Assembly: GCA_036337275.1 (NCBI GenBank)
Contig: JAYZEM010000003.1
Location: 14,609 to 78,608, forward strand
Length of the DNA stretch: 64,000 bases
Direction of reading: 5' to 3'
Source: Bacteroidota bacterium
GTDB lineage: Bacteria > Bacteroidota > Bacteroidia > Flavobacteriales > BACL11
Shown here: positions 59,230-64,000 of the stretch, piece after piece
How the letters are laid out: each line of letters starts with the position of its first letter
Numbering within the stretch: position 1 is the stretch's first letter
Program-made: the position numbers and the translations under genes
Notes under the pieces: model-generated
The model's database searches: none
What the model saw: only the letters and a program-made list of their open reading frames with translations
What the model was told of the DNA's origin: nothing

Positions 59230-60068
59230 TCTCACTAGCTTTAACTATTCTACTTACTGTTGTATTGTTTCTTGGTTTTAAAGAGTTTACTAAAAGAAAT
59301 ATAAATACACATCAAGCAATTACTTTTAACTATCTTACCGCAAGTATTTTAGGGTTCCTTATTTACAACAACCCTATTCCTATTTCAGAAGTCCTTTCTT
59401 CAGAATGGCTTTATCCCACAATAACTTTGGGGATATTCTTTGTAATCATGTTTAATGTAATGGCAGACACTACACAAAAGCTAGGGATTTCTATTGCGTC
59501 TATGGCATCTAAAATCTCCTTAGTCATTCCTGTTTTTGCTGCTCTTTTACTTCAAGAAAATACTAATTTTTCTTGGATAAATGGATTTGGAATTTTATTT
59601 GCATTAATAGCAGTTTATTTTACTTTTAAGAAAGAAGAAAAACTTAAACACCCCATTACAATTGCAATTATTCTGTTTTTAGGGGCAGGAATACTAGATA
59701 TGAGTTTGAATTATATTCAAGAAGTCTATTTACAGACTCAAAGCGATTTTAGTAAGTTTATTATTGTAATCTTCTTTATAGCATTCTCAGTAGGACTTGT
59801 AAAAATTATATTTGATAGCAGAAAAATTGAACTAAAAAATGTAATTGCAGGAATTCTACTGGGGATCCCTAATTATTTCAGTATTTACTTTGTGTTAGGC
59901 GCCCTAGAAGAGTTAGGAGGAATAATCGTTTTTTCTGTTCTTAACATTGGAGTTGTTCTCCTTTCTTCTATCATAAGTTTTATTTTATACAAAGTGCATT
60001 TAATTAGATTGAATTGGATAGGAATCACTCTATCTTGTGTTTCCATAATTTTGATTCTTGTATTTTAA
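59226..60068 (+). CDS. EamA/DMT family transporter
   Basis: About 10 TM segments; AITFNY, KISLVIP and GIPNYFS. Confidence 0.85.
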   Translation: MISLALTILLTVVLFLGFKEFTKRNINTHQAITFNYLTASILGFLIYNNPIPISEVLSSEWLYPTITLGIFFVIMFNVMADTTQKLGISIASMASKISLVIPVFAALLLQENTNFSWINGFGILFALIAVYFTFKKEEKLKHPITIAIILFLGAGILDMSLNYIQEVYLQTQSDFSKFIIVIFFIAFSVGLVKIIFDSRKIELKNVIAGILLGIPNYFSIYFVLGALEELGGIIVFSVLNIGVVLLSSIISFILYKVHLIRLNWIGITLSCVSIILILVF

Positions 60069-60673
60069 TGTTAAAGGACACATACAAAGAAATAAAATCG
60101 TCTACTACAGGGATTTACAAAGAGAAAGGAAGTAAGTTTATTGCCTACTCCTATCCTGTAAATTCTGAAAATGATATTAAAGAGAAATTAGAGATGGTGA
60201 AAAAAAAGGAGCATTCTGCAAGACACCATTGCTATGCATATGTGTTACATCCTGACAAATCTGCACAAAGAGCAAATGATGACGGGGAGCCTTCTTCCAC
60301 TGCTGGAAAGCCAATTCTAGGACAAATACTCTCCAGTAGTCTAACAAATATTTTAATTGTTGTTGTCCGTTATTTTGGAGGGGTAAAACTAGGGGTTCCA
60401 GGATTAATTCGATCTTACAGAACTGCCGCCTCAGAAGCAATTTCAGCAGCTGAGATCGTAACAAAAACCATAAAAGAACAATATGAGGTAAGTTTTAAAT
60501 ATCCTCAAATGAATGATGTTATGAGATTAGTAAAAGAATTTGATTTAGAAGTAGTAAATACAGACTTTCAGATAGATTGCAAACTCATATTTCTAGTGCC
60601 TAAAAGTAAAACTGAAAATGTACTAGACTCTTTTAAGAATAACCATGAAATAAGTCTTAAGATAATTGAGTGA
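60068..60673 (+). CDS. yigZ: YigZ/IMPACT family protein
   Basis: KGSKF, DDGEPSSTAGKP and RYFGGVKLG; start at the TAATG overlap, 60068. Confidence 0.92.
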   Translation: MLKDTYKEIKSSTTGIYKEKGSKFIAYSYPVNSENDIKEKLEMVKKKEHSARHHCYAYVLHPDKSAQRANDDGEPSSTAGKPILGQILSSSLTNILIVVVRYFGGVKLGVPGLIRSYRTAASEAISAAEIVTKTIKEQYEVSFKYPQMNDVMRLVKEFDLEVVNTDFQIDCKLIFLVPKSKTENVLDSFKNNHEISLKIIE

Positions 60674-60678
60674 AGATT

Positions 60679-61746
60679 TTAGTAGAATGCTACTTCTAAT
60701 ACATTGCCCCCATTAACATCAATAGACTCAACAAACACACCAGTCCAGGCTTCATATTTTAATATTTTTCCGCTCTGGTTCGCATCATTAGTATACAAAT
60801 ATTCCACTTTTGTACTATCATTTATCTGTTCAGTATTAATAGTGATAAAACTAGCGTCAACAGAAGGGATATGTAATATAGGGAAAATTGTTAAATCAGT
60901 AATGTAGATTCCATCTGTTGATGTAAAAAACATTCTTGATTTTGATTTATTAATTGCTAAATTATCAGCATTATAAATTCCTGATAGATTTTTGTTTTCG
61001 TCAATATTATTGCTCCAAGGAGCAATCTTATGTATAGTTGATTCTGTATTACTGCCAGCGCTTTGTGTATTAAAGACTCCTTTACAAAGCACCCATAAAT
61101 GATTAGTGCTATAAACTGCGCTATTAGGATTGTAGCCAACATCTAACTTGCCAGAAAAATCATTTATAGGAACGCCTGATTGAAAATAATCAATAGCAAT
61201 TATTGAACTATCTCTGCTAGCAAAATCATTACCCCCTCCATTCAGAACAAAAGCCCTGTACCAACTACCTAGAATATAGGTTGGCATTGTAGTGTCTCCT
61301 GTTTCAATATGTCCAGAAAGCTCTAAATTTGATAGATTTACTATTTTAACCGAGGAAGTTCCTTTGTCAACCACATATAATCTATTATCATCTATCGCTT
61401 TGCAACTTGTAGGATTAGAAAAACCTCCAATAATACCTTCATTACCAAAAGTCTCGATATCTGCAATATAAAGTTGGTCTCCAATAATAAATGCTTTATT
61501 GCCGCTGATATGCAAGCTTTTTGGATGAGGAATACTTGTATTATTTACATTTTGAAAGATATTCTCAGACAATACCCTTAGAGAGTCAACTGATAAATGA
61601 TTGTAGAAAGATATCCCCTGATCAGTAAGAATATACATACCTCTTCCATAATCATTAGGAAGTTTAAAAACTGGCTCTCCCTCTTCTTCTTTTTTGCAAG
61701 CTAAAAGAATTAGTAAGACTATGATAATGTATTTAAGATATCGCAT
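60679..61746 (-). CDS. BtuG/YncE-like beta-propeller lipoprotein
   Basis: LLAC-KKEE lipobox; IFQNVN, LYV.D and VG.NP...LWVLC.G blades; under the B12 riboswitch. Confidence 0.7.
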   Translation of the reverse strand: MRYLKYIIIVLLILLACKKEEEGEPVFKLPNDYGRGMYILTDQGISFYNHLSVDSLRVLSENIFQNVNNTSIPHPKSLHISGNKAFIIGDQLYIADIETFGNEGIIGGFSNPTSCKAIDDNRLYVVDKGTSSVKIVNLSNLELSGHIETGDTTMPTYILGSWYRAFVLNGGGNDFASRDSSIIAIDYFQSGVPINDFSGKLDVGYNPNSAVYSTNHLWVLCKGVFNTQSAGSNTESTIHKIAPWSNNIDENKNLSGIYNADNLAINKSKSRMFFTSTDGIYITDLTIFPILHIPSVDASFITINTEQINDSTKVEYLYTNDANQSGKILKYEAWTGVFVESIDVNGGNVLEVAFY

Positions 61747-61766
61747 GAAATATTGATACGTAAAGA

Positions 61767-62966
61767 TTATTGCTTAATATAAAACGTTCTGCTATTACTA
61801 ATATATATCCCATTTAGAAGAGAGGGGCTATAATTGATTCTTCTTCCTAACATATCGTAAAATTTATTAGTGTATTCATTATCTTTACATAATATATCAA
61901 AAACTTCAGTGGTGATATTTCGTGTATCAAAAACAATTCTCCCTGGGGAAACTCCACACTGAAAAGAATAAACTAAATAGTTGTTGTTATTATAAATATT
62001 TATATTACCATATGTTGAAAAATCTGTTGAACTTGCATACAGTAAATCATTAACCTCATCATAAGACATATTATAAAACATCTTGTTTAAGTTTAACGAA
62101 GTGCCTGTACTTGGTAACAAAACTATATCCCACTCATAAAGCAACGAGTCTCCTGATAATTGATAATTTATTTTGCCAGATCTTAAACATGAAGAGCCGC
62201 AACCTGTAGAAACTGAAGCTAAATTAATAGTGGAAACAGAACTTGTTAATAAACTAAATCTTGATATTGATGAGCCAGACCAGTCTTTATTATTTACAGT
62301 ATAAATATTAGTTCCTTCTTGAAACATATTATCTGGATTCTTTCCGTCTATTCCGAGGTCTATCTCATTTAAGTACGAGAATGAATTAAGATCAAATATC
62401 CCAATAATACCCTTCTCATTACCCCAATCAAATGCATTATTAATTGCAATATAAGCTTTATCATTATCGATAATTATGTTTTGTGTTGACCATCTAGGAC
62501 CTATAGTAGTATCAATATCCATATACAAACTTAAATCTGATGTATTGTATATCTGTAAATATGAGTTAAAAGATATTGGTGAAAATGTGATATTATCGTA
62601 ATCACCTCTTGTTACGATAATTTTATCTTGCCAGATAGCTATCTTTCGTATACCATCAATTTGTTGGGAAGCAATTAAATTATAATTATTCTTATCATAT
62701 TTATGTAATATATTATCAGCAGCAACATAAAAGCAATTATCATCAAGAGCTAAATCAGATGCAAATCTAGCTCCATGTATAGTGTCTACAGTAGAATAAG
62801 TTTGTGAAGATGGATTATATGATCCAATTGTAACAGGTTCAATAGATTGATTTAGTGCGTAATCAAAATAACCTTCATTTAAAACAAAAACCTGATGTAC
62901 ATAATCTTGCGCAGACACTGTCTGAATTATCACAAATAACGACAGAAGAAGGATAAATTTTCTCAT
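61767..62966 (-). CDS. BtuG-like (DUF5074) beta-propeller with Sec signal and short T9SS-like tail
   Basis: VFVLNEGYF motif; VSA|Q cleavage site; C-terminal YDMLGRRI...GIYI. Confidence 0.72.
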   Translation of the reverse strand: MRKFILLLSLFVIIQTVSAQDYVHQVFVLNEGYFDYALNQSIEPVTIGSYNPSSQTYSTVDTIHGARFASDLALDDNCFYVAADNILHKYDKNNYNLIASQQIDGIRKIAIWQDKIIVTRGDYDNITFSPISFNSYLQIYNTSDLSLYMDIDTTIGPRWSTQNIIIDNDKAYIAINNAFDWGNEKGIIGIFDLNSFSYLNEIDLGIDGKNPDNMFQEGTNIYTVNNKDWSGSSISRFSLLTSSVSTINLASVSTGCGSSCLRSGKINYQLSGDSLLYEWDIVLLPSTGTSLNLNKMFYNMSYDEVNDLLYASSTDFSTYGNINIYNNNNYLVYSFQCGVSPGRIVFDTRNITTEVFDILCKDNEYTNKFYDMLGRRINYSPSLLNGIYISNSRTFYIKQ

Positions 62967-63034
62967 AGTACTTTTTTTAGATTAATCAATATGCTTATTT
63001 CTAGAACCTTATCCAGAGGTAAAAGAACTGTTAT

Positions 63035-63187
63035 GATTTAGCAGGTCTTCTGACTCAGTTCTTTTGGATTAGCCTTCCCATTAAAAATAGTGGCGATGTA
63101 GTTCCAAAAATTAGTGAACATTACAGCTTCTGGTAAAGTTGAGGACTCACACCTCATTCCCTTTCATATCTTTTGATACGCTAAAAC
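63035..63187 (-). ncRNA. Cobalamin riboswitch
   Basis: Minus strand AAAGGGAA-GGTGTGAGTCC...AAGCTGTAA...GCCACT..ATGGGAAGGC...GAGTCAGAAGACCTGC (B12 box); 5' GTTTTAGC pairs with 3' GCTAAATC. Confidence 0.93.
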
Positions 63188-63191
63188 AATG

Positions 63192-63199
63192 CAAATCTA
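63192..63199 (-). promoter_or_regulatory. -7 promoter element (TAGATTTG) for the riboswitch transcript
   Basis: TAnnTTTG immediately upstream of the aptamer 5' end. Confidence 0.65.
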
Positions 63200-64000
63200 T
63201 AATTTTTTAAATATCTGTTTAGTAAATTCTAAACTTTTCTCAAATTCAAGTAAATTTAGATTTAAATCTTCTCTAAAATATGAAACTAATTTCTCAGTTG
63301 GCATATTACCTACTAATTTCTCTTTTGCCATTGGACAGCCTCCATATCCTTTTAAAGCAGCATCAAATCTTCTACAACCATTCTGATAGGCTGAATCTAT
63401 TTTTTCTTTCCAACTGTTAATAGTAGTGTGAAAGTGAGCGCCAAACTCAATTGTTGGATACTCTGAAATTACTGTGCTGAAAAGTTGCTGGATATTTTCA
63501 CAAGCAGCAACACCAATAGTATCAGAAAGTGCCACTACCCCTACTTCCATTTTATATAACTTCTTAGTAAGTTGTGCTACAATATCAGGATGATAAATTT
63601 CCCTATAAGGATTACCAAATGCCATTGATAAATACACTACCAATGTTTTATTATGTTTTAGTGATAGGTTTTGGACATCCGAAATAACCGATAAAGCTTC
63701 ATCAATACTTTTGTTAGTGTTTCTTTGCTGAAACTGCTCAGAAACAGAAAGCGGAAAACCTAAATAATTAATCTCTTCAAAATTACAAGCATCAATTGCT
63801 CCTTTTTGGTTGGCTACAATAGCTAGTAATTTACTAGAAGAATTGGTAAAATCTAATTGAGTCAAAACTTCTGCAGTATCCTTTAATTGAGGTATCGCTT
63901 TTGGAGAGACAAAACTCCCAAAATCAATAGTATTAAAACCTACCTTTAACAATTGATTAATGTATGCAACTTTAATATCAGTAGGAATAAACTTGCTAAT
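63197..64000 (-). CDS. Hydroxymethylglutaryl-CoA lyase, 5' end outside the window
   Basis: Frame open to 64000 (ISKFIPTDIKVAYINQLLKVG); GSFVSPKAIPQ, LSDTIG, HFH and GGCP. Confidence 0.92.
   Translation of the reverse strand: MSKFIPTDIKVAYINQLLKVGFNTIDFGSFVSPKAIPQLKDTAEVLTQLDFTNSSSKLLAIVANQKGAIDACNFEEINYLGFPLSVSEQFQQRNTNKSIDEALSVISDVQNLSLKHNKTLVVYLSMAFGNPYREIYHPDIVAQLTKKLYKMEVGVVALSDTIGVAACENIQQLFSTVISEYPTIEFGAHFHTTINSWKEKIDSAYQNGCRRFDAALKGYGGCPMAKEKLVGNMPTEKLVSYFREDLNLNLLEFEKSLEFTKQIFKKL

Overview
AT-rich, densely coding chromosomal segment of a Bacteroidota bacterium, most like a free-living Flavobacteriales. Support: TAnnTTTG promoter elements, no Shine-Dalgarno sites seen, T9SS cargo proteins, and the bamD-rpoZ-coaBC-porD-recN-fabI and ligA-dapA blocks. 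Most of the window is housekeeping (recF, ndk, dnaA, gapA, dapF, mltG, gyrA, clpC, recN, ligA, prmC, ribD). I saw no rRNA, tRNA, CRISPR, transposase or prophage. Highlights: (1) a canonical 28-bp XerCD dif site at 34323-34350 with gene orientation converging on it, so the window probably spans the replication terminus although dnaA, recF and gyrA lie close by; (2) beside dif, two separately terminated paralogous 65-aa basic proteins sharing a 15-bp upstream motif, with repeated 10-mers between them; (3) a tightly coupled 7-gene envelope operon (22845-32316) resembling a split Bacteroidota version of the planctomycete cytochrome c/DUF1549/DUF1553/DUF1501 module, flanked by a Kazal-domain and a CUB/MAM-domain T9SS protein, the latter with poly-G tracts; (4) a cobalamin riboswitch over two BtuG-like propellers with no BtuB, one apparently T9SS-secreted; (5) enzymes with altered catalytic motifs (COG4337 iota-carbonic anhydrase with HDSH for HHSS; class IV aminotransferase with His at the Schiff-base Lys position) and a heptaheme-TPR lipoprotein. 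Family assignments come from motif recognition by eye, not database searches.
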